Counted from the first letter of the stretch, positions 13,564-27,030 are shown. The stretch is DNA of 64,000 nt from Paraspadella gotoi (GCA_051294375.1 CM119264.1:26846755-26910754); one strand, 5' to 3'. The notes: generated from the sequence alone by a model not told the origin. Numbers and translations are program-made.

Positions 13564-14987
13564 GGCTTCAGTATTTGAAGGAAAGGAAAAAATAATGATG
13601 TGTAAAGAAAAAATATGCGCGAAAGGAAAAAAAGGGCGAAAAGAACAAACAAAGAAAAACAGATAATCCAACAAACAAAAATCTTTTGAAATCCGATTAT
13701 TACTCTAATTTGAAATTATAAAGAATCAAAAACTATAAATATGTATTAAAAAAAATACAACTTTTTCTTTCCCATCTGCATTTTTAAAATGTAGATCTTT
13801 AAGCATTTTGTAAACTACAACTTAGTTATTTTTGAAAGTGTTTCGGCTCTTATCAAATATATCATACAAATAAGAACCAATTGTATTATTTAAAAAATGT
13901 TATCATACCTTTTGCCGCTTCTCAATTTCCGCTTCTCTCTTACCCATTAAATCTCTCCGCCATTCTCATCCAGACGTGGAAAGGTGTGTTTGTGATTAAA
14001 GCCCCCGCGGCGTCCGGACCGGGGGGTAAGACGCCGCGCCGCGCGATTGCGACGCCGCCCGGGTGCCGTCTCTGCGTCATGCGGCGCTCAAACGGCGTCT
14101 AGCTCTCTCTCTCGTCTGCCTTCGCGCGCGCGCGAAGTTTTAGCGCCCGTCGNNNNNNNNNNNNNNNNNNNNNNNNNNNNNNNNNNNNNNNNNNNNNNNN
14201 NNNNNNNNNNNNNNNNNNNNNNNNNNNNNNNNNNNNNNNNNNNNNNNNNNNNGAGAGAGAGAGAGAGAGTTTCGATTATAGAAAAGCGCGACGAACGGTA
14301 TATATCGTCAAAGTCACTTTACCGCGAGACCGACTTTCTTTGCATATTTTTTCGATCAATCTCGGAACGAGAGAAAGAAAAAAAAAGTTTTGTCGTCGTC
14401 TTCGTCGTCGTCCTTGTTTTGTTTGTTTATGACGAACGAAGACTTTCTGCGTCAGGGTTTGCGAACGTCATTCGGAATGGATGGGGAAAAAGAGTCGACG
14501 AAAAAAAAAAGCGCGGGAAAATTTAAAAATCTCCTATACTACAAAATCTGTGTCATGGAAAATAATTTTCAAAATTTAATTCGTAATTCGTCAACGACTT
14601 CTGCCGCTCGTCACCCCTGCGCCGTAACCAACGTTTGGGGCCGCCGCGGCAGCTTCCCGACGCAGCCGCGCCGTATCAACCGCACGACTCCCCGCCGCAG
14701 GGGAAAGACGTTTAAAATTCTGCCGCCCCCCTCAACCGAGAAAAAAAAACCGGGCGCGAAATCCGGCCCCGAAATCTGGCGGTGAAGCAAAAGTCCGGAA
14801 ACAACCGATAATGGGGAATAAACAAGTGAAAACCGGCGCGATAACTCACAAGTACAACAAAAGGAAATAATGGCATAAATTGCCTCGATAAACGCCGCTC
14901 TGACAACGGGAGGAGGAAGGCACACAAACAACGGCGGGCGGGTTACGGGCGCGCGTACGGCGACGGTAACGACGCTGTAAATGGCTG

Positions 14988-14989
<2 letters not shown>

Positions 14990-15071
<82 letters not shown>

Positions 15072-15089
15072 AGAGAGTAGAGAGAGAGC

Positions 15090-15135
<46 letters not shown>
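14990..15135. repeat. (GA)n microsatellite; representative of many (1-28, 15561-15636, 15807-15890, 18193-18283, 26920-27035, 30330-30368, 34440-34491, 55478-55546)
   Basis: Direct observation. Confidence 0.95.
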
Positions 15136-15141
<6 letters not shown>

Positions 15142-15557
15142 TTGCCCTAACTAGGATAAGATGATTATAACTGGAGCTGAACGATACATGGATTTCTGAA
15201 TGGGTTGAAATGAAAAGAATTCAAAATGTCTCAATAAATATTCAAAATTTGATTTTTCTAAATTTAAACTTAAATTTAGATAAGAAAAACATTAAATTTT
15301 AACATATGCTTATTAACTTCATAATGAAAACTCTACTATGAAGTTTCATGTGATTTTAAATCTGCAATGTTTATGGGAAAAAGTTAAAAGAATTAATTAA
15401 TTTTTTTAAATTTAAAAGTGATTTAATAAAAAGAATTTTTATTAATATTCTAAGACTTATATTAATATTATTTTTTTTACTAAAAAACTAAAATAATTCA
15501 GTAACCAGTCAATTCCGAAATTCATGTAGAGAAAGAGACCCCAGGATGAAAGGTGAT

Positions 15558-15638
<81 letters not shown>

Positions 15639-15801
15639 GCAGCGTCTGGCCGGAGTCGTAGCATAGCCTGGGAGACGCGCAGAGAAGCCTTGAGATAAAT
15701 GATAACTTTTTCCAACTCAGTTGCTATTATTTCTCCCGCGGGAACTTTAAGACGATTAATCTAAGTAGCTTCGTATTTGAACGGGTGTGCGTACTATGTG
15801 C

Positions 15802-15893
<92 letters not shown>

Positions 15894-16548
15894 GGAGAGG
15901 GTGAAATTGAGAAAGTTCTCCTTGGCCCGAAACCTTTCGTCTGATCTCCGTTGAATCCGGGGCTTGAGACTTTGGAACGAATGAATTTTCATCGAAGATT
16001 AAATGAACGACGATTGAAAAGATCGGTACAAATGAACGACTGAACATATAAACTTTAAAATCAGACGAATGAAAAACAAAACGTCGCGAATGAACCGAAG
16101 GAACGAAAAAAAGTGTTAACAAACTACGATCGAACAAAACAAACAAACAAACGAAAGGAACAAAAGTAACAATCGAAAACTGATCGCGAACGCAAACGCA
16201 AATTCTTCCGCGTGAAGCGAATAGAAAAAACGCCGGGCGTAGCGCGCAAAGCCTCGCGATCAACGGCCGCAAGAAATCGACGATTACGGGCGCGCGCTCT
16301 AGCGTGCAGAGTCGGAACTAGAATCATTTGCGTGGTAATAACGACGCCGGGAACGCCGCCTTTAAATTTCCTTTAATTTTCGCCAAGATTTCCGTTTAAT
16401 TTCTCTCGGAAGGGCTTTTAAAAGCCCGGCCGGCTCGCTCCGCTTTCGCTGTGCGCCGGCAGCGTGCGGCCCACACACACACACACACATCCGAGAGAAG
16501 GAGAGGAGAGAGAGAGGGAGAGAGAGAGAGAGAGAGAGAGAGGAGAAG

Positions 16549-16581
<33 letters not shown>

Positions 16582-17035
16582 AGTAGGAGAACGACGACGA
16601 GAGACGAAAGAGAGCGGAAGCGAAAATTGAATGTGGGATGAATATTTTTTCCGTCTTCCACTTGGTTTCCTGAATAAACGTTTTTTCCTCCTTCGAAAGC
16701 CGCGTTTACGGCCGTTTGAGACCGACAAGCCGACAATCCGACGGGCAGACAGGCCGACGATTAAAAACCGACGCGTCTCGGCCGACAGGAAAAATGGAAA
16801 CGAAAACAGGAGAAGATAATGAAAAGAGAGAGAAAAATTAAAAAGCGTCGATAAAGGAGAATTAATATCGGAATCTTTTAACGATTGTTTTCTCAGTTGC
16901 GATGAAGAAAGAGATAATTTATTATTATTATTTTCTGTCGGAAGAAAAAGGAAATAAGAGAAAACATTTCTTTAATCTTATAATTCTAAAAAATTAGTAT
17001 CCAAGGATAAAAAATGTGTACTAGTAGACGCCGTA

Positions 17036-18191
17036 TCATATCAACTTCTTCTTGTTCCCCAGCGCCATGGCGCGGACCATGAAAGTGTCCACGAGTTGTG
17101 ATCGAAGTTTGTGACCGCAAGCGACTTCGTGAACGACGACTTCGTTGCCGGTCATCGGGTGACGACGAATCTGTGAATCGCATTTTTGCGGAGGGGGGGG
17201 AAGAGTCAGGTCTGTTTTTCTGTCTTTCTTTCTTTCTTTCTTTCTTTCTTTCAGTTTTATCTATTTCTTTGTTCCCTTTCCATTTTTTTCTTTCACACTT
17301 CTTTTCTCTTTTTCAATCTTTTTTCTCTTATTCATTCTTATCTCCTTTATTTTTTTCTTTTCTTCTATTTTTCTCCCTTTAATCTTTTTTCATCTTTTTT
17401 CTACTTTCCTTTCACTACTCCCACCCGCCCCCCTACCACCCCCTTCCCCAAACCTCAATCACCCCTCACCCTGCAACTCGGCTCCACGTGCCCCTCGGGC
17501 GGATCCATAGTGGGCGCGGCCCGCTTCGTCGTCTTGGACCGAACGTACTTGACCATCCAAGGGACGCGCATGAAGTGACTCTTGGCCGCGTTGTGACGCT
17601 GAGCGATCTTGCGGAGATAGAGTTCGTCGTAAGCGGCGTGGAAATCGTCGAGCTGGGGTGTGGGAGGAGTGGAGTGACGAGAGGGGTGTGGAGGGGGTTG
17701 AGCGGTTCAGACGGAGCTGTGGCAGCATGACTTAAAGCTGCCTAACCGCTGTCCGTCTCCAGCATCGTCTCATTGGCTGAGCAGGCTAAATCATCTCGTT
17801 TCAACCGTGCGTCAAGGGTTCAATCACTGGGTATCCCGGTTCTGGCTTAAATGTCATGGTGCAGGTCTAAACATGCCAATGACCTCACCTTGAGATGCGC
17901 CTCTGCCTCTTCCTTCGTTAGCAGCACGCAATTCCACGGACTCCACTCCTCTTTCTTATTCCACCGCAACAAAACCAAATCGTAGATGTCGTCATGACGA
18001 GACAGGGCGCTGCGGGTCTGCCAGATGTCGTCGACCAGGTGCTTGACGTCGGTGTAGCGCATCAGGTGGCACACGCGGGAGTCGTCGTCGTACGCCTTGG
18101 AGGTCGTAGTTGTTATGGCGGATGTTAAGGGAGTTGGCTTGTTTGTTTTTTTTTTTGTGTCTCCATTCCACTTTTTGAATTTTGGCTGCCC

Positions 18192-18286
<95 letters not shown>

Positions 18287-19050
18287 AAAATTTACAAAAT
18301 CTCAACGTTTCAAAGAAAATCATGTCCCTCGCGCTCGCTTCCTGCTCCCCCCCCCTCACCTCCTCGGCCCGCTGCAGCCGCCGCAGCATGACGCCGTAGA
18401 AGCCGAAGTCAATGCGATCGTGGGCGTCGTTGCCGTGCTTCATGCAGACGCGACACGTGCCCGGCGAATTCGATGTCGTCACGACGTGGAACTCTTTGAT
18501 CGGGCGATACTTGAGACACGTGTTGCACATGTAGATCTTCCCGCGCAGCACGGAAGGATCTTGCGGCATGCGGTGATGCTGTCGGGCCTCGGGATTGAAC
18601 TCCGGGTCGCGGACGAACTGAGAGGGGGGGATAGGGGAGGGGAGGGAAGGATTGGGAAAGATTGAGGGAGAAAGATTCGGACTGATTTTTTTAAAGTAAT
18701 ACATTTTGCTAAAAGATCATATAATTTATACAGTAATATTACGTTCAACTTGTTCGTAAATATTGCGTCAAACTAAGTCAGGTTGAGTCATCATTGTGTT
18801 TTTTTACCGCTAATGAAAAAAAAACGAAGGTAAATTTTAAAAAAATTCGACCTTTCCCAACATTCCGAAGACTTACCTTCTCTCTCTCCCGCTCTCACCT
18901 TTTCTATCCTCACCTCCAAAAACAAAGTCTCGATTCTCTGTCGAAGTCCGGACAAATTCTCTCGCTTCATGCGTCGCATCATCAAATCAGATTCCCGGTC
19001 CATCAACTCCAGCAACTCTCTCACGAATCTGATGGATGGATGGATGGATG

Positions 19051-19142
<92 letters not shown>

Positions 19143-21982
19143 CAGAGATACCCCCGGCACTCCTGCCCTCACTTGCTGACTCCTCTGTACGGATAGACGA
19201 CCTCCTTGACAGAGAGCAAGACGTCCAACCGCTCGTCGTCCCCGAGATGCTTCATGCAGACCGAGTCGTAGAGATCCTTCAACTCTCTCGCCCGCAGGAT
19301 CATGGGCGTGTCCATGCACGTTCTCTTTCCGTCGGGACCTTTCCACGTTTTGGGAGAAGAAGCGTTTTTTAAAAACTTGGCGATTCCCTGCGATTGAAAG
19401 AGAGAGAAAAGGGAGAGGTTTAAAGTAGTTAAGATCGAATTAAGAAATAGAAAAAAGATAATTTGATGCTAAAAATTAGCTTTAGTATATTGGTTGATTG
19501 ATTGATTTTGAATGGAACTATTCTCCTCTTTCGATTTTATATCAACGCCATAAATATCATAATGAAAAACAAAATTACGAGAACAAAATATTTAATATTC
19601 CTCCACTGTCGACAAAACATCCTGATTCTTTTAATCCAGAAAACCTTTGAATCTTATTTATTTATTTAGGCATAAGCTACTATTTTCATTTTTACGGTAG
19701 CTTTTTCGCTATTTTTGTCCTTTTGGTCTTTTATTTATTGATTTGGATTATTGTGGCAAAGCGCGTTTATAAAAATGCTTATTAATAATTATTTTAAAAA
19801 ATTTAAGTCAAATCAACAAAACCCCCCACCCACTCACTTTAAACTTTGACATCTCCCCCGCGTTGTTCTGATGTTTTCCGATCGTCCGAATAAATTCAGA
19901 CTCTTGATCCAACAGGCGACACAACTCGGCCTTTCGCTCGGCGCCGGTCAGCGTCGCGTCGATGCGCGCCACTTCGTCGCGACGCCACGTCTCGAGGGCG
20001 TGGAAGAGAATGTCGAAGTCCTCCTGATGTGGGGGGGGGTGGAAAGATAAGAAAAGGATAATGACGAATAGAAATGATGGCATGAGAGAGAGAGAAAAAA
20101 GTGGACACTGAGAAGAGAAAAATAAATGATTTTCTTGAATTTATATTGATATTTAAAAAAAAGATCAACTAGAATTAGTGATTCCAAAGAGTCGTATAGA
20201 CTGTTTGACTTACAGACAGACAGATATCCTATCCTCCATTCTCCTCTTCTCTACTAAACCCTTACTTCTCCACCTTCGAATTCCTTCTACGCCATCCCAT
20301 GCCTCCTACCCCTTCTCCTCCTCTTTCCCTTCCTCCTCCTCCCTCCCTCTCTTCATCCCTCCCTCCCTCTCTCTCCCCAATTCCTCCCACCTTCGTCTTC
20401 GGATTCATCCTCCGATCGAACTCGCTCCTCAGCCTCGCCTCCCTCTCTCTCTTCCTCCTCATCTCCTTCTCCGCCTCCCACTTCCGCTGGCGCCGGAGCC
20501 ACTCCTTCATCCGCGCCACCCGGCGCTGCGCCAACCACCGGCGCCAATACTTTTGGATGATGATGGCCTTGGCCACCAGAACGGCGTGATACTCGTCGGC
20601 GGTGATGTAAAGCGGCGTCGGATACATGATGCGGTCCGACCCGATGGTCATGTAGCATCCGATCTTGGACATTTGGGTGTTGGTCTCCTCGGGCGTGTCG
20701 ATCGCCTTGTCCACCATCACCACAGTTTGAGCGTCGCGATGAAACCGAGTCTTGGTGATTGGGGCGCGCGGTTTGGGCGTCTGTGAGGTGGCGTGGTGAT
20801 ACTCCAGGCCGGTCAGTTTGTGGCGGTAACTGCGTGGGGAACGTTATTGATTGATTATGTGATTGTTCGATAGATTGATTGATAGATGTATTTATTGCTT
20901 AATTGAGAAATTCAATGATTGTAAACGCTTCACCCGCCGAGAAAAAACTTTCGCCGGAAATCTCGCTCCATTCTAACGGTGACCAGCTTGACGCCGCAGC
21001 GTTCCCCCGCTGCGACGACGCGTACGATGCGGATGCGCGGCGGATTAATCAGCGGCGGCAGCGGCATGTGCGGAGGATCCTGCGCGAGAGAGTAAATGGC
21101 GAGGAAGGAGAGGGAGGAGTTCGTTGGCTAGCCCTGAATCACCATAACGATCACAAGAACAACAACGACAACGACGACAACCTTGGAGTCGATGGTGAGC
21201 GTGATGGAGGTGGAGTTCTTCTCCAGCAGCGACAACAGCACCGTATCGTCGTCGACGATCCATCCTTCGAGGGAGAGATCGATGAGGGCCGCCCGGAAGA
21301 CGAGGTAGGAGGCGACGACCCGCTTGAGCTCCACCACCTTCGACTCCAGCGTCGTGGAGATCGTCATCGTCTTCTTCTCCGCGAATTTGATGGTGACGAC
21401 GACGTTGTCCTTGAGGCGGGCGTCGGGCAGCGGCGAGTCGGGCTGAGAGATCGTCTCTGTTTTGGTTGTGGGGGTCGCGGGGGGGGGGAAGGGAGAAAGG
21501 AGTCGAGGGGGGGAGGAACGGGGTCAGATCGATCGATCGATCGTTCTTTATTCGATGAATTGATCAATATTTTCAAATTTCAATCCAAATGGATCGACCA
21601 AGAAGATAAAGTAAATAGATAAATCCATCAATCAATTAATCATTCATCAATAATCAATAAACCTTGAAATATAATCTTAAGTCAATTGACTTAAAATTAA
21701 GCGATGAATAACTAAAATCCAGCTAAGTTTAACAATAATTAATTCATCCTTTCTAAGATGCAATCGTTTAAATATACCGTGAGTCAGTATTCGATCAATC
21801 AATCGATCAATCAACCAAACTTCTCCTCTAACCTGGAGAGCACGTACATCTGGCTTCCTCCAGCGGGACGGCCGCATCGACGCCTCCATCCGCGAACCTC
21901 TTCCTCGCCATGAATCCTCGGAAGTATCGTTGGATCTTTAACGCAGCATCTGTCGATATGCGAGGATGATGATGATGATGAA

Positions 21983-22030
<48 letters not shown>

Positions 22031-25000
22031 AGAGATGATGATGTTGATAACGATGATGATGATAATGATTATTATGATGTTGATAATGATGATGATGATG
22101 ATTATGATGATTGTGATGATGTTGATGATGATGATGATAATAATGATGATGATAATGATGATAATGATGATCACGACGATAATCCCTAGTCCTTACCTTT
22201 TCGTCCAGCCATCTGCTTCGCCTGTTTGAATCCTCTGAATTGCGCTTGGATGACGGTGGCGGCGGAGGCGGCGGCCTCTTGCGGACTTTTTCCCGCCAAC
22301 GACTGACGAAAACTCTGTTTCTTTGGCTTCTCTTCCTCCTCCACCTCCTCCTCCTCCTCGTAGGTGGGCGGCGTCAAAATCAGGGATCCGCTTCCGCTCC
22401 TACTTTCCTCTTTAAGGGGAGGGAAGGGCAGGTTGGATTCGATTGGGGCGTGGAAACCGTTTTGCATTTGTGACCCGTCGGTTATTAAGTCGGCTATATA
22501 AATATACAATGTATATGCGGCTTATCATCACCTATTTTTTTTTTTACCTATTATCTGGATCGTTTTTTCGTCCGATTCCGACCGATCTGATTGCAAAAAA
22601 AAAAAAGAATTAAAGAAAGGCAGAAATTAGCTGCATTGCTTACTTTTAACTCCGATAGATATTTAAACCATTTTCTTTTTCAGTGCATTAAGTATTTAAT
22701 TATATATTATATATTTATATTTCACCCGGTTTGATGGATATTTCTTGAGGTTCTGTATCCGTCTTTTCTTCGCTTTCGACGGCGAGACCCTTGTATTCAA
22801 ATTTCACCCGTGATTGGTCACAATAATTTATTGGGCCAATAATTTAAACTTTTTCTTTACCTCTTGCTCCTCTTTCTTTTTTCTGAGGTCCTCAACCGCG
22901 ATTTCTATTGAAAACATTTTTTTATAACCCAAGTAAAGTACTATGCAAGATAATGTTTAATAAAATAACATTTAATAGTTTCAGTTACTAGAAATTACTG
23001 GAATAAACCATTCCCTTATCTTACTCCGATCACCTTTCTCGTCCTCTCCGCCCCCAGAATCCGGTTTTTCAGCTTCGGCTGGTGCCTCCTTATAAAAATA
23101 AACACTCGAGCTCAAAATATTTAATAGATAATAAATATTGTTATTTCGAGATTTTCGTTATGTTTGAAATAAGAATAAGTAAAAAAATTTTGTTTTGCTT
23201 ACAGTCAACGTTTTTATTCTTATTTTCGAGAGAAAAACCTACATGTTTCGGCTAATATGCTAGCCTTCATAAGCGCAAAAGATGCCGATTACAAATTAAC
23301 TTTTCCTTCGTCGGCTCCCTTTTCCTCTGGCGACGTGAGATGTCATTTTTGTAGATATTGCGTCAGCCCATTGTCGGTTTCGGTCCGGGGCTCCGGGCAT
23401 GACTTTTTCTGTCCGGGCATGCCTTTTCTGTTCGGGTATGTCTTTCCCTTTATTTTGTAATGTTTTTGCGGCATGCCTCCTGCTCGGGCATTCCTTTTTC
23501 ATGCTATAAAAACGATGTTTTTTGAGAGAATAGACATTCGAGTTTGAAGAAGATACTACGCGTTTTTCTCTCAGACAGAAAATTATTCAGCTCTTCGAAT
23601 CAGGCCTCCTCAAGCTTATTATTTTGCACTGATGAAGGCTAACTTATCTTGTAAGAGTGATGGAGGCCTTAAACCACCAAAGCCTGTCCAAAGTCAGGGG
23701 CAAGATAGCTTATTTATTAAATGAATGGATAATTTTTATATTGGTTGTACCAATTTCACATTAGCCGAAACATGGACGATTTTTTTCTTGAAAGTAAAAA
23801 CCAATTCGTTATCTGTTACTGCGTAAGCAAAACAAAAAATTTAACTTTTATTCTAATATTTAATAATAAAAAAATGTTGAAACCTCCGCCGGTGGAGGTT
23901 CATCGGCCTGTTTCGGTTCCTCTGCCGGTATTGGCTCCTCTGCCGGTACAGGGTCTTCCGCCTCGGTTGTCCCCGCATTTCCTGTTTATTATATTTTATT
24001 TATTTTGACAGTAAAAGTAAATTTAAAGATGCAAACCTTCGTCTTTTGATTCCTGGTCATCGCCATCGTCCTCGTTAACATTGCTGCCGACGAATGAATC
24101 TGTTCGAAATTGGGGAAAATGTTTCCTTCGTCATTTTAGAGATGAAAAATACGTAGTGACGGGAGTCTGGAGGACTAAAATCACATTTTCATCAACGGCA
24201 ATTGGTGCAGGAGGCAGGTCTTTCGCCGAAGGCTCCGGTGTTCTAGCCCCATGTCCGGGAGGAGGCGCTAAACCCGCCTGTAACGTGGTTTTACAGCCTG
24301 ATCTGAAACTCCGGGACGGCTTATATTGAACGGTTATATCACTAACTCATAATAACAATTATTCTGCCTCTTTAATACTCAATAGTTCACCGACCACATT
24401 GCTCATTTTCTTACCAACAAACTTTTAAACTTTTACGCGGTTTATGAAAACGGGTATCTTAAGCAAGACTAAACTGCCATATTCACAACTATTTCTTCCC
24501 GAGTTTCGCCCCTCAACTTCCAATTATTCACCCCTGTAATTCACGTTTATGAAAACGGGTATCTTAAGCAAGACTAAACCGCCATATTCACAACTATTTC
24601 TTCGCGAGTTTCGCCCCTCAACTTCCAATTATTCACCCCTGTAATTCACGTTTTTCTCTCCATCCTTTCCCTTCTGTTTCCCCGTCGAAAGTCGGTGAGG
24701 TTTTTGCGAGCTCGACCTAATTTCTGAGAAATGCGAAAAAGAAAACAAAAATGAATGCACTCGGTTGACGCGTCACTCGTCGCTCGAAAATCGCGAACCG
24801 TTGACGAAGTGGGAGGAGGAGGAGGAAGAGAACTTTCTCTCGGTGACTTTTTTGTCTGCGAAAATAAAAAAGTTTTAATCGCGAATAAAAATGAACCTTG
24901 AAGAACAATACCAAATGACACAATTTTAAATAGTTTTAAAAGTTACGTAGTTTTAATAATGACACAGTTTAAAAACACAGTTACCGTTCGACTTCTGCCC

Positions 25001-26345
25001 ATTGCCTTTGTCTAAATGGAAAAGGAATTTATTCTGTGATAAGTTAATGTTGCAATAAATTTGATCACCGCTCAAACTCCTAACCTTTGTGGACGGAAGA
25101 ACGTTGGCTTCTGTCCACGGTGCGTTTTCTGGTCAAGAAGCCGCGCACGTGCTTTTGAATGTTGACCGCCGCTTTTTCTGGGTCACATGGAAATGTGATC
25201 AAATTTATCTAGTCCGTCATTCTCTCAATAAATAAATAATAAATACATCTTAATCAATCAATCAATCAATCAATCAACCAAACCTTTAAAAAATTAATCA
25301 AATTAAAGCAATTAATTAATCAATCAATAAAGCAATCGATCAACAAATCAAAGTAATGGATTAAACGATCAATAAATAAAAATCATTAAATTGATCAATC
25401 AATCAATGGATCAACCTTTGTCCGAAACGGCCTCCGAAGCTGCTCGCTCTCTTCCCTTCCAACTCTTCTCCGCGTTGGTCGAAATTTCCTCTCGAGTCGC
25501 CTTCGATTGCGATTCGTCGGGTTGAGCTGAGTTGGAAGCGGAGTTGTTGTTGTTCATGAAGATGATGACGATGACGACGACGATAAACGACGACGACAAC
25601 GATCGTCAAGTGAATCCAAACCCGATTTACTTTTTCCTTCTTCCTCCAAATGTCTTCGCGCCAAAAATCCACGGAAGTTTCTTTGAATATTGATCGCGGC
25701 CTCTGACGTCGTTAACAAAATATAAAAAATAAATAAATAAATATTTTTTTATAACTATAAGTCTCGGTAATGACACGAAAGATGACATTTACACTTTTGA
25801 GGACTTTTGATGACATTCACAGTCATTAAATAGCTTTTAACTGAATTTTAAAAAAAATTAAAAAACGCTTGAACCCAACAGCACAATGTAAATAAAAAGA
25901 CAATTAGGTATACATTTAAAATATTTTTTTTTTTTGGTTTGATTCCTTTTTTTTTAAAGTTCCTACCGTATTTAGACTGAGGATGAGAATGTTCTTTGCT
26001 TCTTCCGTCCGAGTTCTTGGGGGGATGGATGTTTAAGACGAAATAGTGAACTTTAGTATATTTAATTTAGTGATCTTTTGTCAAAAATATTTCGAACCTT
26101 TAAAACGTCGTTCTTTTCTTCATCGTCGTCATCTTTTTCATCCTTGTCGTCGTCGTCGTCGTTGTCGTCGTCGTCGTCCTCGTCACCGGCAACTTCGTGC
26201 TCGCTCTCCGTCTCCCAATAATCGTCGTCGTCTTCGTTCATTTCCGGCTGAGGAATAAAGAATAATTGACATTTCATATAAATAAATTATAATATTAAAA
26301 TGTATAATAGAAAAAAGGAATCAACGGAGTTACCGGTATATCCAT
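17036..26345 (-). CDS. IQUB: IQ and ubiquitin-like domain-containing protein (IQUB/FAP253-like), multi-exon, with extended multi-IQ N-terminus
   Basis: Phase-consistent GT-AG exons: 21182-21456 (Ub-like MTISTTLESKVVELKRVVASYL), 20934-21079, 20391-20829 (YRHKLTGLEYHHATSQT...RDAQT...IIIQKYWRRWLAQRR...RRMNPKTK), 19838-20023 (EDFDILFHALETWR), 19173-19387 (MDTPMILRARELKDLY...ERLDVLL), 18914-19028 (LMDRESDLMMR), 18360-18617 (FNPEA, C-x2-C pairs), 17889-18095 (LRWNKKEEWSPWNCVLLTKEEAEAHL), 17470-17652, probable last exon 17036-17170. These match recalled IQUB motifs. Exons upstream of 21833 and the ATG at 26345 (MDIP|PEMNEDD) are less certain. Confidence 0.9.
19031..19142. repeat. (GATG)n/(GATA)n microsatellite making up most of an IQUB intron
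   Basis: Direct observation. Confidence 0.95.
21965..22180. repeat. (ATG)n imperfect microsatellite in IQUB intron
   Basis: gatgatgat... run; it explains the poly-M and poly-I ORFs. Confidence 0.95.
23181..23280 (-). repeat. Short repeat with degenerate minimal hammerhead-ribozyme core
   Basis: Minus strand reads CTTATGA-aggcta-gcatat-tagcc-GAAA-catg-TA. It is an inverted relative of 23621-23842. Confidence 0.55.
23621..23842 (+). repeat. Second copy of the hammerhead-like repeat with ~115 nt insertion in stem II loop
   Basis: CTGATGA-aggctaa (23629-23642) ... ttagcc-GAAA-catg (23761-23774), followed by the shared tail gtaagcaaaacaaaaaattt. Confidence 0.55.
24195..24372 (+). mobile_element. 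tRNA-derived SINE copy (same family, more degenerate)
   Basis: tggtgcaggagg / gttctagccc boxes and body ggcgctaaacccgcctgtaacgtggttttacagcctgatc...gcttatattgaacggtt match the 55047 copy. Confidence 0.7.
24441..24650. repeat. Tandem direct duplication, 105 bp unit x2
   Basis: tttatgaaaacgggtatcttaagcaagac...cccctgtaattcacg at 24441 and 24546, near-identical. Confidence 0.95.
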
Positions 26346-26646
26346 TATTTTTAAGTTTAGCTTTAGACTTTATCGCGATTGTAATTTGTAAGTAGCTCCT
26401 AGAAAATAAAATATTACTTGAGTAAACTGGATCAATTTGAAGTACGGGGTCAGTTTTTTGATCAACGACAGGCGACGATTATGACATCTACACTCGTTTT
26501 TCAATTCTTCATCGCTTTATTCCAGACTTCCACGATCAAGCATAACCAAGCAAACCGGCACGGAAGTGAGGGGCGAGGGAAAGAATAGTCTCTCTCACCG
26601 GTCGTAAAAATAGCGAAGGGGCGAAAGAGAGAGAGAAAAAAAAAAA

Positions 26647-26674
26647 GATAGCCCGGGAACAATGCCGAGGCAAC
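26647..26674 (-). promoter_or_regulatory. Two adjacent RFX X-box-like motifs upstream of IQUB
   Basis: Minus strand GTTGCCTCGGCATT and GTTCCCGGGCTATC resemble GTTGCCATGGCAAC, ~300 bp upstream of the putative ATG. RFX is an established regulator of ciliary genes. Confidence 0.45.
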
Positions 26675-26935
26675 GATATTCAGCTCCCGTCCGCAAGGCT
26701 GAAAATTGAAAACCTTGAATTCAAGTTCAGGACTCCATCGGAAAAATTCGCGCTAAACTAACTTTTTCTCTTTTTAACGTCGATTTGGGGCCTCGAATGT
26801 ATCGATAATTGTTAAGTCTGACGAAGGATCCTTCGGGACCCATTTACGTAATGCGAGAAGCTAGAAAACCCATAAAGAATGGGAATGAAAAGCGGCAGGA
26901 TTTAAGAAAAAACAAGGATGGAGAGAGAGAGGGGG

Positions 26936-27030
<95 letters not shown>

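Noticed and set aside
12387-13666. Long F/S/L-rich and R/E/K-rich ORFs
   Set aside because: Products of CT/GA low-complexity sequence, with no splice or domain support.
20903-21622. 239-aa plus-strand ORF
   Set aside because: Antisense shadow of GC-rich IQUB exons.
21938-22229. Poly-Met / poly-Ile ORFs
   Set aside because: Intronic (ATG)n microsatellite.
25085-25177. Intronic H/ACA snoRNA (two hairpins)
   Set aside because: Better explained as a coding IQ-motif exon with proper splice sites.
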